DNA of 63,492 nt, counting the filler, from Elsinoe ampelina (taxonomy: Eukaryota): the NCBI GenBank assembly GCA_010093995.1. It is 3 parts of 3 records of this genome, joined end to end, with 100 filler letters (N's around TTAATTAATTAA, not from the genome) between each part and the next. Parts side by side here need not be neighbours in the genome. Positions count along the whole stretch, not along the records: positions 1 to 26,056 come from ML992559.1; 2 more parts are not named here. One strand, 5' to 3'. A model generated the notes under the pieces. That model did no database searches and was not told where the DNA came from. It saw only the letters and a list, made by a program, of their open reading frames with translations. A program made the position numbers and the translations under genes. Below, one piece after another: positions 1-12,034 of this stretch. The stretch's first letter is position 1, and each line of letters begins with the position of its first letter.

Positions 1-95
1 TGTGAGAGAGATAGTGTGAGAGAGATAGTGTGAGAGAGATAGTGTGAGAGAGATAGTGTGAGAGAGATAGTGTGAGAGAGATAGTGTGAGAGAGA
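1..95. repeat. Minisatellite, 14-bp unit TGTGAGAGAGATAG x ~6.8 (runs off window start)
   Basis: Perfect units start at 1,15,29,43,57,71, with a partial unit at 85-95. Confidence 0.97.
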
Positions 96-299
96 AGCTC
101 GACAAGAGCGGCGGCCTTGCATGCATCAGCTTCAGCTGCGGACCCCTCCCTTACTCTAGTTCCTGCATACCATCCGCCCTTGACGACTCCGGCTGGACAC
201 GAACGCAAATTCACAGTCAATTTGGCCCTCAAGAAATCTAAAGGAGACATAATCCACAACCACCCGTCGAACATGCAAGCGCATTCATAGACCGAAGGC

Positions 300-2271
300 A
301 TGGACATCTTCCAGACCGTCTCCGGCTACATCACCCGCATGGTGTCAGCCGGAGACGGCAATGCTGGCTCCAATGCTGCAAAGATGAAGATTTTACTACT
401 GGACAGCGAGACAGTACGTGTGCCGATCGGAAGATAGGACTGTTCTGACATGCGCAGGTACAAATCGTTTCCGCGGCCACCACGCAATCAGCCCTCCTTA
501 ATCACGAAGTATACCTCACCGAGTAGGTTGACCGACACCCTCAGACTCGCTGAACTGACGCGGCCACAGTCGCATTGATAATCAGAACCGCGAGAAACTA
601 CGCCATTTGCGCTGTCTCTGCTTCCTCCGCCCCTCCTCCGACTCGATACAGTTCCTCATAGACGAGTTCCGAGAACCACGATACGGAGAATACCACATAT
701 GTAAGAGACACGGGCACGCATACACCACAGGGCTCTGACTGATGCCCAGCTCAGACTTCTCCAACATTATCAAAAAGTCGGCCCTCGAGCGGCTGGCCGA
801 AGCAGACGACCATGAAGTGGTCAAGGCAGTGCAGGAGTACTTTGCTGACTTTCTGATCATAAACCCGGATCTGATGGACTTGTCACTACAGACGCGGTTA
901 TGGAGCAACAGTCCGGACATGTGGAACCAGGACTCGCTCACACGGTCGACGGAGGGCGTGATTGCTTTGCTTCTGGCGTTGAAGAAGAAGCCGCTTATTC
1001 GATATCAGAAGAATAGCTTCTTGGCTAAGAAGTTGGCGACGGAGACGAGGTATCAGATGACGCAGGAAGATCAGCTGTTTGACTTCAGGAAGACGGATAC
1101 GCCGCCGATACTGCTGATTGTGGATCGAAGAGATGATCCTGTCACACCATTGTTGACGCAATGGACCTATCAAGCCATGGTGCATGAGCTCATGGGTATA
1201 CAGAATGGCAAAGTCAACCTGTCGGAAGTCCCGGATGTGAGACCGGAGTACAAAGTCAGTAGATGCACCGGAGTGTATGATGTAGAAGCTGACATTCTCA
1301 CGTAGGAGGTCTTACTCAATCAAGATCAAGATCCGTTCTTCAAGAAGAATATGTACCTGAACTTTGGTGATCTCGGGCAGAATGCTAAAGAATACGTTGA
1401 GCAATTCGCGTCGAAACAGCAATCTGGACACAAGCTCGAATCGATTGAGGACATGAAGCGCTTTGTCGAGGAGTATCCAGAATTTCGAAGACTATCTGGC
1501 AATGTCACGAAGCACGTCACCCTCGTGACAGAGCTGAGCAGACGAGTCGGCGACGAAAATCTTCTTGACATCAGCGAGCTTGAGCAGAGTCTGGCATGTA
1601 ATGACAACCACTCGGCAGACCTGAAGAGTCTTCAGCAGCTTATCCAGAATCCGAAAGTTCCGGCAAACAACAAGCTGCGATTGGTGGCGATATATGCCTT
1701 ACGGTATGCATCCCATCCATCAAACTCAACGCCCGCCTTGATGGACCTGCTTGCAGTGGCAGGGAACATTTCTCGACATCGCATCAATCTCATCCCCAAG
1801 CTCATCACATACGCACATTCGCTGCAATCAGTGCCACAGAGTGGGGCGATACCAGACCTCTTCCAGCCGGCGTCGATCTTCTCGGGCGCGCGCGATAGGT
1901 TTAATCGCGGTCTTCGTGGAGTCGAGAATGTCTACACTCAGCATTCGCCACGCTTGGAGACGACCTTGCAGGACCTGATTAAGGGTCGGCTACGGGACGC
2001 TCAGTATCCATTCGTGGAAGGCGGCGGAGCCACAAAGGACAAGCCGCAAGACATTGTGGTGTTCATGATTGGAGGAACCACCTACGAAGAGGCCAAGATG
2101 GTGGCACAGGTGAATGCCAGCAGTCCAGGGATCAGAGTGGTATTGGGGGGCACATTTGTTCACAATAGTTCGACGTTCCTAGATGAGGTCGAGGAAGCGG
2201 TCGACAGCTGGCCTGAACCACCACCGAACAGCGCAGGAGGACGACTAAGGAAAGAAGTAGGCAGAGCATAA
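300..2271 (+). CDS. VPS45: Sec1/Munc18-family vacuolar protein sorting protein Vps45
   Basis: ATG 300 (MDIFQTVSGYITRMV..KMKILLLDSET). Introns 414-457, 523-569, 701-754 and 1255-1305 join the ORFs into a Sec1 protein with ILLIVDRRDDPVTPLLTQWTYQAMVHEL, NVTKHVTLVTELS and IVVFMIGGTTYEEA. Confidence 0.95.
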
Positions 2272-3546
2272 GTCCAAGTCAATGACGAACCAACAATCTG
2301 TCAGCGGAAACATGAATCGCGGCACAGGCGGCGGTCGCTAACCTTGACCCGAAGCCTAAACACCGCCTTGGCCCAAGCATAGCGTATCCCATAGGGCTGA
2401 CAACCTCACTTCATGCTCGTGCTTGATATATGCATCCATGACATTAGCCTGGGTCAGAAATGAGCTCCAACTCACCGGGTAGATGTCAATCCGACATCCC
2501 GCGCTGTTCAAGAGCCGTCGCGTCTTTCATTTCGGAGCACCCACCCATCACCTCTTGTCATCATGCGGGAAGCTCGTTCCCGGCCAATCATACCTTCAGA
2601 TCGACCATTATCCGTTTTGGAAACGTCCCCCTACCATGTGGCAGCCACATGCACCTGCTTCTATCAGATTTGTCGATCGTTCGCTTGCGCACTCATCTCC
2701 GATGAAAGTTCGCTGATGGGAGATGAGTTTGTTTGCTTTGTCCTCGGCAAGGGGAGATGCGTCACGCGGCGACGTCGACCTGCGCGACATCTCTGTCGAT
2801 AAGAGATTTGATACGATGATTTAAACATAGGCGCAATGGCAGTAGCTCGGGCTCGACAGCTACATCACTAGCTCTGCAGCCTTCCAGGCTCTGCAGACCG
2901 TCGGGACGGACCACTCCAAACGACACCTCCCCGATCCCACACTCGTTTCAAAAGTCTGGTAAGTACCCCTGTATAGTCCGCGCACTGACCCGATGCCACG
3001 ACCCCCAAAAATCTCCTTCGATTCTCGTGGGGGGGACGCTTCTCTAGCCAAAGCCAGATCACCAGCTTGTCTACTTAGCACGCCGGCAACCCGAATGCTT
3101 GAGATTTTTTCTGCATCCCACCACACCTTTCCACGCCTGGCTGGCCTGAACCTATCAGCTCTCTATTCCGAGCTAACAACTAGTCAAGTCTGAGACGAAC
3201 AAGGTCGTCCTACTGGTCGAATAGGCAGATTGCGGCTCCATCGACCTGACCAGAGCTTGTTTGGGCCTTCAGAGATAGGCAGATGACCTTTTCCGTGAAC
3301 ACGGGTGAGGGCCACGATTTGCCTACTTGGATGTACACACTTTTCTGGGCAACATGGAGTACTTTTGACTGCACTCGCTGCCTGAAAAATGGTTGGGGAG
3401 AGGAATCGTTACCTATGGATTTGCTCGTCTTTTTTACCTTGCTATCAACTCACAGCCAGGAAAAGACATTTGTCACTACTGCAATTCGCCGAGCAATACA
3501 GTCTGCTCCCACAGACTTTGACTCCTGACGGTCCAACCCAGCAGCA

Positions 3547-3939
3547 ATGTGTATACGCGTCACCGAAGTCTACGCAGGCTGCAAATGCGTCTACTACGTC
3601 CACGGCGTCGACGCATGCGCTCAATACGGACGACACGCCGTCGAAGAACGGGTGGTCTATGTCGGTCTCAACTGTCCTCGACATACAAGGAGACGTGAGC
3701 TTCTCTCTTCTGTCGACTTGAATGGCACCACACCACAACGTCCAGCGGCAACAACAATTCAGAGCGTGCGGTCTTCCTCACATGATCAGTACTTGCATCA
3801 TTTCAGCAGTAAGACGGATACAACTAGTACGATGACTTGTAGCACGTGCAGGAGCGCGCCGGCAGAGATGACGACGGACGCGATTCGAGGCAGCGCACGA
3901 CACGGTGCCAGATTGGAGGGAGTCAAGAAACCGATCTGA
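3547..3939 (+). CDS. Small Cys/His-rich conserved fungal protein (core ~46 aa, 3547-3684; true 3' end uncertain)
   Basis: MCIRVTEVYAGCKCVYYVHGVDACAQYGRHAVEERVVYVGLNCPRH has good codon usage and resembles a recurring small ascomycete MC..x..CxC..H..D.C...H...VG..CxxH pattern recalled from memory. Possible donor GTGAGC at 3695 and possible 5'UTR intron 2959-3183. Confidence 0.55.
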   Translation: MCIRVTEVYAGCKCVYYVHGVDACAQYGRHAVEERVVYVGLNCPRHTRRRELLSSVDLNGTTPQRPAATTIQSVRSSSHDQYLHHFSSKTDTTSTMTCSTCRSAPAEMTTDAIRGSARHGARLEGVKKPI

Positions 3940-4794
3940 AAAACCGAACAACCTCCAGAGGCGGTACGATACCGCTATTGACATTCGGCTGGCGAAGAGA
4001 GTGCTACGCACGTCTGCCTGTCGCTGTGCTAGCCATGTTCCCAACGACAGTCTTGCGACTACATCACGGGCCGTCGACACGGTCAGTACGAGTGTTGGCA
4101 ACGCGTTTCGTCACACAAATACAATGCTACGCATACTTGTTCAGACGAACGGAGGCGGTCTGTTACACATACCGGCTAAACGCCTTGCAAGGTCAAGCTA
4201 TGGAGGGTGGTTGCGGTCATCGCATGACGCGAGAAAACCAGGCCGAGAGAGTAAGACCGAATTCAACTGGAGCTTGGATCGATCATGGCAGGCCATACAC
4301 CATCTCGGATGTCGTTAATTCGAGCAAGGTCTATCATTTAAGAGTCAGGCAGGAATAAAGACGGCTCATCGGCGAGCTCATTCAGCGGCTCGTCTAGGAG
4401 TACGCGCTGTCTATCATCTGCTCCGATCAACTACCAAATTGACAACTTTGGTCGCACGAACAATCCGCAACAACCATAGATGATAGTCCCTAAGAGTGGG
4501 CCTTATATAGGTGTCTCGAACTCAGGATTACTTGTAGCTCCGATCTATTTCGAGTGTTCGCGGTGAGTACGTCAGCACACCAGTTAGGTCCAGTGCTCCA
4601 GGATATTGAACCCTCGCACACGGATCACAGATTCTGTAGAGTGTGTGTTGAAATACCACAGCTCGTACACCGCCACATGGCAAGGAGTTACACCATCAAA
4701 CCAAACGGCATCATCACATTGCCGGACAAACCAACACCAAGAAGACACTCCACATGGCAGAAACAATCTATACATTTATCCTCCTCTATCCCAT

Positions 4795-5364
4795 CTACTT
4801 TTGCAAATCCCCCGTCTGCCCCTGCTCAGCCCCATTCGTATCCTCCTCCAATTTCTTCCCATTGACAACCGCCGCCTCAGCCCCAATAACAACATACAAC
4901 ATCCGACACCACTCCTTATCACTCGCGTTCCTCCACGCATGGTTCGTCCCCCTCTGCACACTCGTATCCCCCCTCTTCATCAACCTCGTCTCCCCACTAT
5001 CCAACACAAGCTCACACGCCCCCTCCAACACAACCCCATAATCCAAACTACTCGTCCTATGCATCGGACTCACATGCCCCGGCGCCATAGTCACGACCCG
5101 CATGACGGTACCAGTGGGGACCGCGATGCCGGGACCGGTCTTGAGATGGCCCCCGTAGGCGGACAGGTCGGCGTCGTCGGCGAAGGAGACGGGGAAGGAG
5201 GACGTGGTGAAGCCGAGGCCGAAGTCGACTTCGCCCCCTTTGATCACGGTGATGGGCATTTCTTCGCCGTAGCGGGCGTCGATGATGGCTTTGCCTGAGG
5301 CGTCGTGGGTGGTGATGAAGCGTTTGGGGGCCGGGAAGGGGTTGGTGTATTTTTGGGAGGACAT
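4795..5364 (-). CDS. Cupin-2 domain protein
   Basis: RFITTHDASGKAI and SPMHRTSSLDYGVVLEG..LVLDSGE..GDTSVQRGTNHAWRN are cupin motifs; intronless, 189 aa. Confidence 0.92.
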   Translation of the reverse strand: MSSQKYTNPFPAPKRFITTHDASGKAIIDARYGEEMPITVIKGGEVDFGLGFTTSSFPVSFADDADLSAYGGHLKTGPGIAVPTGTVMRVVTMAPGHVSPMHRTSSLDYGVVLEGACELVLDSGETRLMKRGDTSVQRGTNHAWRNASDKEWCRMLYVVIGAEAAVVNGKKLEEDTNGAEQGQTGDLQK

Positions 5365-6253
5365 GGTGGGTTGTGGGAGGGGGGAGTGTGGATGCTGGGT
5401 TGTTGGGTTTGGATGGAGAGGATGAAGGTGATGGTGGTAATGGGTTTGGCTGGTATGGTATGGGGGATTCTGGGTGAGAGAGGGAGATTGGGATTAGTAC
5501 AGGGGTTTGGCTTAAAGGTTGTGTATATACTGCAGCTGCACATGCTCAAAGCTCCCCCGCGGTGGTCCCCCACACTTTTTGCTTCCGATGTGGAGGGAGG
5601 GGGGAAACGGTTTTGCCCACACCCGCGTCGGGCCATTGGGGGCCGATTGCATGTGGGCGCATTGGGAGGTTGCGACTTCATCATACCCAACACTGTCTTC
5701 ATGGGTGTCTTGTACACTGAAGAAGTGGTCGTTTCTCTATTGATACGTATAGGATTGATCTACATTTGATGAGAGGCGCGACGAGGAGTCCGTGAAGGCT
5801 GGATTGACCTCGGTACTGTCATCGTCGGTTCGTCCTACAATTCTGCCCGACTTTTCGACTTGAGGCCAGCGTGCCATCCTGCAAGGCTATTTGAACCTAT
5901 CCTCAAGGCATCATTTTCTCACGTTGTCGCAGGCGTGTCTGGTATGCTTCCAAATCCTATCAACAGGCGCTTTGACCGCTGCGAAAGCTCTCGCCGGAGA
6001 AATCAGGCTAAGCGACGTCAAATTTTCGATATCTTCCGCCTTGGACCTGCGGCGCAGCATAATTGACTTTGCAGACACCGCTCTTTGACTCTATCTTCTG
6101 GCTTGATTCGCTGATGGCTGATTAGTGACCATCTGGTATTCCAGACAATGCCACATTCCTAAAGAAAAAACTCGAACACACAATACTCTCAAGGCCGAGC
6201 CGCGCTAGCCCTCAACTCTGTCATTCCCCATCCAGTCCATGCCGAAGCTGAGA

Positions 6254-6571
6254 TCAAAGAAGGACAGCTCCTCCGATCAATGTGACTATGGCCAGCGTCT
6301 GGTACCATCGGACTCGACTATGCGCGGCTCCTCCAATGAAGCATTGCGGAACAGCGAATCCAGATTGATTGAACCGCTGAATCAAGTCGGTCTGATTAGG
6401 GCGCGAGCAGAAAGCGTACCCGCGGGCATCGCAGGTTGAATTCCTCGAGAGTTGACCACCAGATCCTGAGCAGTACTCGATGGAGACGTCGGCGAGCGAA
6501 AAATTCCCGGAAGAAGTACTATTGAATTGTACGATGCAGCCTGGACCGGTATGACATGGGGCGAGAGACAT
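6254..6571 (-). CDS. Small Cys-rich, N-glycosylation-rich protein with C-terminal hydrophobic tail (GPI- or tail-anchored candidate)
   Basis: From ATG 6571: six Cys, five N-x-S/T sequons, small residues GGAAHS followed by WYQTLAIVTLIGGAVLL-stop. Confidence 0.5.
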   Translation of the reverse strand: MSLAPCHTGPGCIVQFNSTSSGNFSLADVSIEYCSGSGGQLSRNSTCDARGYAFCSRPNQTDLIQRFNQSGFAVPQCFIGGAAHSRVRWYQTLAIVTLIGGAVLL

Positions 6572-7729
6572 GTTTGATGGTTGAGACAAGGTAGGCCTGG
6601 GTGGTGACCTGCGAAGAGAGACGAGGAATTGAAGTCCTTGAGCACACCGAGAGGCTTCAATTTAATGTCCCATTGATAAGCGCTGAACTGTGCCGTCGCT
6701 TAAATACAAGGTATACGCCACCATACGCTAGTACGGCACTTGAGCATGAGCCGTATAGGGCCCGAGCGGAGCCAACCAGCACACAAGGTTCGCAAGTACT
6801 CCATGTCAGGGCCGATATAACGCTTCACTAGCCACGACGCAGGCTACCAATGTAAAGCAAACAAACAAAGTTCAATCAGAACTTTTGATACCTACGCCAC
6901 GCCACCTACCAACCAACGATTCAGCTCTGCATTTGTGGCGCAGCACCGCCTACGATACTCTCTCCAACCTAAATCTTCATACCGCTAAGCTTGCTGATCG
7001 TGTCCGACGTCTCAAGTAAGTACTCCAACCGAACCAACTCCCCTCTCCTATTCCTCATACCAATCCTCTACCGTCAACCATCCTTAACTTCCACGCCGGG
7101 ACCCTTCACCCTCCGACCACTCCTCACCCACCTCCCCACCATCTCTCGACCACCTCATCACCATCACCCCATCCCCTCCAATCTCTCCTCTACAACCGCC
7201 CAACCGACTCCCGTCCCATCCTCAGCCTCTTGGCCCTCTCTCCCACGGCTGTCCTCCCAGAAGGCGAGGTATGAGAAGCTGAAGTGTTTAAAGAATGGTA
7301 GTAAGGGGGGAAGTGGGGGTGGTGCAGTGAGGAGTGCTGGGTCGAGGACTGGGGAGGGGGGGAAGAAGGGGTTGGTGGAGGGTTGTTGGGGCGGGGTGCT
7401 GGTTGGGGTTTGATCAGGGGGAAAATGGGGACTGGTTGCGTGAGGGATGGGAAGTGTGACGTGAGGAGGCTCGTTGGGAAGACCTTGATGCCACATGAAG
7501 TTGTGGCAGGTGGATAGGGGAGCAACAAAATCGTTCATTCCACTGGTCTTCGAGGAGCACAATGAGGTTGGAAGGCCGTGGCTAGGACAGACGACAGAAC
7601 ATGGGGGATCACGGCAGCGAGCACTCGGATGTACAGTGGTGGTGATGTCGACTGACATACCTGAGCTCGTACTAGGCCTACCACAGCTCTGCATCGATCC
7701 CTCCGCCTCTTTCTCTTCCCTTGTAATAT

Positions 7730-9412
7730 CTATGATAGGATCCTAAAGATGGGGTACTCATCCCCCCTTTCCAACGGAATAATATTAAACGCCACAAAAC
7801 TATCAATATTCTCCGGCTCCAACGCGATGAACGCCAATCCCGCATTCTTCTGCCTCGTACTCACCAAAAAACTCCCACTGGGCAGACTCACATCCCGCTC
7901 AAACGAACTCGTCGTGACCCCATTCAAGACCGTCCCCTCGTAGATCACGTCTTCAAGCACACTGCTCGTGATATTCAACGCCTCCACCGTGCCTCTATAC
8001 TCGTAGTCCAATTCCTGTACCTCGAGCCCGAAGTTGCGCAGTTTCGCTACCACGTCGATCCACGTGCGGGGGATGAGGTAGGCTTCCGGCCTCGCACGCG
8101 TGAGGTTCGCCACCGAAGGGGTCGTCTCGAAGAAATCCACCGGGACCTGCTCGATGTTGCCTGTCTGGCGGTTGACCAAGGTGAAGGTGCGGTTGGTGCG
8201 GGTGTAGTAGTCCGTCACGACAATGTCGGCGTCGGAGGAGATGAAGTCGGCTCGCGCGGACTCGATGGTGGAGAGGACGGTGTCGAAGTTGGCGCGGGCG
8301 TATTCGAGTGCGGCTTCGATCTTGATCAGACCGGTGGCGACGCGGCGTTGGAAGTGTTGGTCCGCGAGGCGGATGCCGCGGAGTTCGAAGAGGAAGGAGA
8401 CGGTTTGGGTCAGGCCGTAGGCGTTGCGGCCTGTGCGGGCTTCGGTGACGGCTTCTTCGAGGACGATGCGGGAGCCGGGGGTGGAGTTGCTGGTGCCGGT
8501 CACATAGGGCTCCCAGCGCAGACCGTTGGCGACGAGGTTGGAGCCGATGAAGGGGATGAAGCCGTCGAGGAGAAGATCGCGGATGTCGGGATGGATGTTG
8601 GGGTTGATACCACCTGAGATGAGAGCATCAGCCCCTGGTTGGTAGTTGCCGCCGTAAATGGTGGGCGCAGTGAATTCGTGCATGTCGATGGAGATGTGCG
8701 GGTTATAGTCCATGAAGACCTGCTTGATGTCTCGAGATTGCTGTCGAGCGAGCTTGATGTGCTCGCGGTTACCATCGAGGTTGCATGCTAGAGCACGCTG
8801 GAAATATGAGACTCCATCTGGATTGTATCGAGGCAGTATTTTGATATCCAGACGCTCAAGCAAGGCGGCTGTGAACGTCTGGTTGCGGTCGAGCTTGCCC
8901 AGGAGAGCAGCAACAGATTGATCTGCAGCCGGCTCGTTGCCATGGATGGCTGCCTGAATGTAGACCTTGAGCTTGGTGGCATTCCGAGCTGTTGAGTCTG
9001 CGTCGGATAGGAACAAATATGGAATTGAGCGTCCTTCTTCTGATCGGAAGTCGGCGGCCTGATATGTCAACCAATCATTGCGATCGGCCAGAGTTCGATA
9101 GAAGTAGTCTGAGGGAGTCAGTAACTTTAATGACGCCAGATGATTCAAGGTCGTCTTACCAAGCTCCGTGTCGCTTGTTGGACCTTCCGTACCATTCCGC
9201 CAGCCTGCTGGGAGGGTATCCGGATTGGTAAAGGCGGGAGATAGAAGTTCGATGTCCTCAAGCTCGGGGAAAGCTCTGGACACGATCTCGCTGTCTCGAG
9301 AGACTGAGAGGTAGTTCTCGCCATATGTAGCCTGCCCACGTACGAAAGGAAGACTCAAAAGCAAAGCCTGCACAAGGCTCGAGGGAGAAGAGAGGCGCAT
9401 TTTGAGTAGCAT
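7730..9412 (-). CDS. Secreted zinc carboxypeptidase, peptidase family M14
   Basis: Signal-peptide-like N-terminus; IHGNEP, NPDG, NREH and DMHE zinc/substrate motifs. An in-frame 51-nt intron at 9109-9159 (GTAAG..CTGAC..CAG) is read through by the ORF track. Confidence 0.9.
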   Translation of the reverse strand: MLLKMRLSSPSSLVQALLLSLPFVRGQATYGENYLSVSRDSEIVSRAFPELEDIELLSPAFTNPDTLPAGWRNGTEGPTSDTELGKTTLNHLASLKLLTPSDYFYRTLADRNDWLTYQAADFRSEEGRSIPYLFLSDADSTARNATKLKVYIQAAIHGNEPAADQSVAALLGKLDRNQTFTAALLERLDIKILPRYNPDGVSYFQRALACNLDGNREHIKLARQQSRDIKQVFMDYNPHISIDMHEFTAPTIYGGNYQPGADALISGGINPNIHPDIRDLLLDGFIPFIGSNLVANGLRWEPYVTGTSNSTPGSRIVLEEAVTEARTGRNAYGLTQTVSFLFELRGIRLADQHFQRRVATGLIKIEAALEYARANFDTVLSTIESARADFISSDADIVVTDYYTRTNRTFTLVNRQTGNIEQVPVDFFETTPSVANLTRARPEAYLIPRTWIDVVAKLRNFGLEVQELDYEYRGTVEALNITSSVLEDVIYEGTVLNGVTTSSFERDVSLPSGSFLVSTRQKNAGLAFIALEPENIDSFVAFNIIPLERGDEYPIFRILS

Positions 9413-10029
9413 GTAGATGCCGGTTTCACTTGAAGAAGACTCTACTTGCCAAAAAAACTTACCCCGAGACCTTTTTGAACATCTCCAGCTGTACCGGATC
9501 TGGCGTCATGGTCGAGCTAAACCATCATGCTATCTTGACAGGTCCTGCATGATAGCAAGATCGACAGGTAGAGTGGTCTTGGTATTGGAGCTCGAATGCG
9601 GACTTTACTGAGTGCAGCATAGCAAAGCGGGGTCCTTTCCATGGTCGCCACGAGGGATAGAGATGAGGATAGCTCGTTGAGGAAGGTGAAGTGCTTGTCG
9701 GGAACCAAGACGCGGTGCCAGAGATGGGCAGGAAGCTTGGCCGTGAGTTGGGAAGAGAGGAAATGGGCGGTGGTGTCATGGGCCAAGAGGTTGATCCGCT
9801 GCGTCCCCCGCTTTGAAGGCTTGAAGGAGAGATGGTCGGAGAACGAGAGTGATAACGTGATGGAGGGGATGCATGAAGCCATCCTCGATATGAGCCAGAT
9901 CCTCCATACAAATGGCTCACCAGCACCAAACTCAATTCGTCTGCCGCGTTCACCCGAGAAACCCGAGCTGCACCCTGACGTCCCATCTCCATCCCAAAAT
10001 AATCTCCAGCTTCACTGTCATGGCCAACC

Positions 10030-10953
10030 ATGCCCCTCCATCGAGCCCGGCCAGCTCTACGCACTCTCGCCACCCCCCGCGGACACCTCACTCGTCCCTT
10101 CCCCCGCCACTACAGCACCACCTCTGAGCCCCTCACCCTCCACCACGACCTCTACCCGCCCCCGACCACCACCTCCTCCCCCCCCGGCAACCCCATCATC
10201 TTCCTCCACGGCCTCTTCGGCTTCTCCAAAAACAACCGCACCATCTCCAAGATCCTCGCCCGCGACCTCTCCCGCCCCGTCTACGCCCTCGACCTCCGCA
10301 ACCATGGCCTCTCCCCCCACTCGCCAACGCACACCTACACCACCATGGCCACGGACGTCGAAGCCTTCCTGCACACCCACTCCCTCGCCTCCCCGACCCT
10401 GATCGGCCACTCCATGGGCGCAAAAGTCGCCATGGCACTCGCTCTCCGCGGCAAGTGTCCCGTCGCGAACCTCATCAGCGTCGACAACGCCCCCGTGGAC
10501 GCCGCGCTCAAGAGCGATTTCGGGACGTACTGCGCGGGGATGCGCGCCGTCGCGGCAGCGGGGGTGAAGACGCTCGGCGAAGCGGATGCTGTGATGGCGG
10601 AGTACGAGCCGGAGGTGGCCGTGAGGCAGTTTTTGCTTATGAATTTGGTGAGGGATAAGGAGACGGGGAGGCAGAGGTGGAGGGTGCCCGTGGATATTTT
10701 GGGGAGGAGTTTGGGGCATATGGCGGATTTTCCGTTCAAGGACGCTGGTCAGGAGGGGGAGAGGTGGGAGGGTCCGGCGTTGTTTGTCAGGGGGACGAGG
10801 AGTAGGTATGTGGCTGATGAGACGTTGCCGGTGATTGGGAATTTTTTCCCGAGGTTTGAGGTGAGGGATATTGAGGCGGGGCATTGGGTTGTTAGTGAGC
10901 AGCCGGAGGAGTTTAGAAGGGTGGTGGTGGAGTGGTTGCAGGATAAGAAGTAG
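10030..10953 (+). CDS. Alpha/beta hydrolase, ABHD11/YbfF-like, probably mitochondrial
   Basis: Arg-rich presequence; LHGLFG, DLRNHG, GHSMG nucleophile elbow, AGHWV. Confidence 0.92.
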   Translation: MPLHRARPALRTLATPRGHLTRPFPRHYSTTSEPLTLHHDLYPPPTTTSSPPGNPIIFLHGLFGFSKNNRTISKILARDLSRPVYALDLRNHGLSPHSPTHTYTTMATDVEAFLHTHSLASPTLIGHSMGAKVAMALALRGKCPVANLISVDNAPVDAALKSDFGTYCAGMRAVAAAGVKTLGEADAVMAEYEPEVAVRQFLLMNLVRDKETGRQRWRVPVDILGRSLGHMADFPFKDAGQEGERWEGPALFVRGTRSRYVADETLPVIGNFFPRFEVRDIEAGHWVVSEQPEEFRRVVVEWLQDKK

Positions 10954-11151
10954 GGGAGGCGGTAATGGTATACACGGATAACAAACATGGTGGAACGAGG
11001 TTTTTGGTGCTACTACTAGTAATCCCTAGCTAGCTAGCCGCAATGCTTTCATGCATATCCTTGAAAAAACGCCGCCGAGCACGGGGCCTTCTCTCTTCAA
11101 AACCCGTGATCCGTTTGGTCTAACATCCGTTACTGCATCGCTCGTCCTTCT

Positions 11152-12034
11152 CTACACGCTCTCCAAGACTGTCTCCTTGAACTCACGCTCCACCTTCTGA
11201 CCGTCGTCGTTGGTGGTGGACTCGCCGTGAAGCTGGAGGAGGGCGCCGAGGTCGAACTTGGGGGACTTGAGGAGCTTGACCTTGCGGACATGGACCTATG
11301 AAACATCAGTATGAAGTCATTGTGTGGTCGAGCAGTGACAACGCACGTTCTGGAGGGGGTAGATGCCCTGAGTGCTCTTCTCAATCTCACGTCCAATCAC
11401 CTCTGGGATGAGCTTGGTGGTGAGCTGAGAAAGAGTGCACGAGCTGGCCTCCCTCTGCATGATATCCGTCATCTTCTTCCTGATGGCGCGGATCTGCGAT
11501 GAACGAGCGTATGTGGTCTTGCGGATCTGGTTGGGCCTCCTCTTGGTGAAGGCAATGCAGAACATGCGGAGGAGGTAGTCGTCGGTGGTCTTGACAACCA
11601 CGTTGGCCTCGATCAATGACTGCCACTTGCGGACAAGCGATCGCAACTTGTCGGATGTGAAGTCGAGACCGTGGAAGTTGGTCAAGCAGTTCCTGCCCTG
11701 GACCTCGTCGACTCGTAGGCGCACCTTGCGGAAAGCGTGGTCCTCATCCTTCTGGAGATCGGCCAGGGAGACTTCGAGGATACGGCCCTTGAGGGCGTCA
11801 TTGGCGTTCTTGAGACCAGTTGTGCGATTTACGAGGGTCTTGCCGACACTGAAAATGAATGTTAATACCCATTTATGCCTTGCTATTCAATTTTTTTCGG
11901 AGGTGGACGCACTCTCGGATGGCGAAGGTCGACGGAGCCTTGATCTGGTACCAATCTTTGCGCTGGAATGGGTCGGTTCGCTTCTTGAGACCTTTCTTGC
12001 CCTTTGACAATCTCTTGTTCTTTCCTACCGCCAT
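11152..12034 (-). CDS. RPS1: 40S ribosomal protein S1 (eS1/S3a)
   Basis: [15 protein letters not shown] start at 12034; introns 11849-11912 and 11296-11346; [22 protein letters not shown]; ends [12 protein letters not shown]. Confidence 0.97.

Noticed and set aside
1..95. Tandem repeat as telomere or CRISPR array
   Set aside because: No spacers and not a TTAGGG-type unit; an ordinary minisatellite in a eukaryotic sequence.
9109..9159. Apparent protein insertions in M14, Rheb, NUP85, C2H2 and MAPEG ORFs
   Set aside because: They are stop-free introns of 48 or 51 nt with normal splice signals, read through by the ORF finder.
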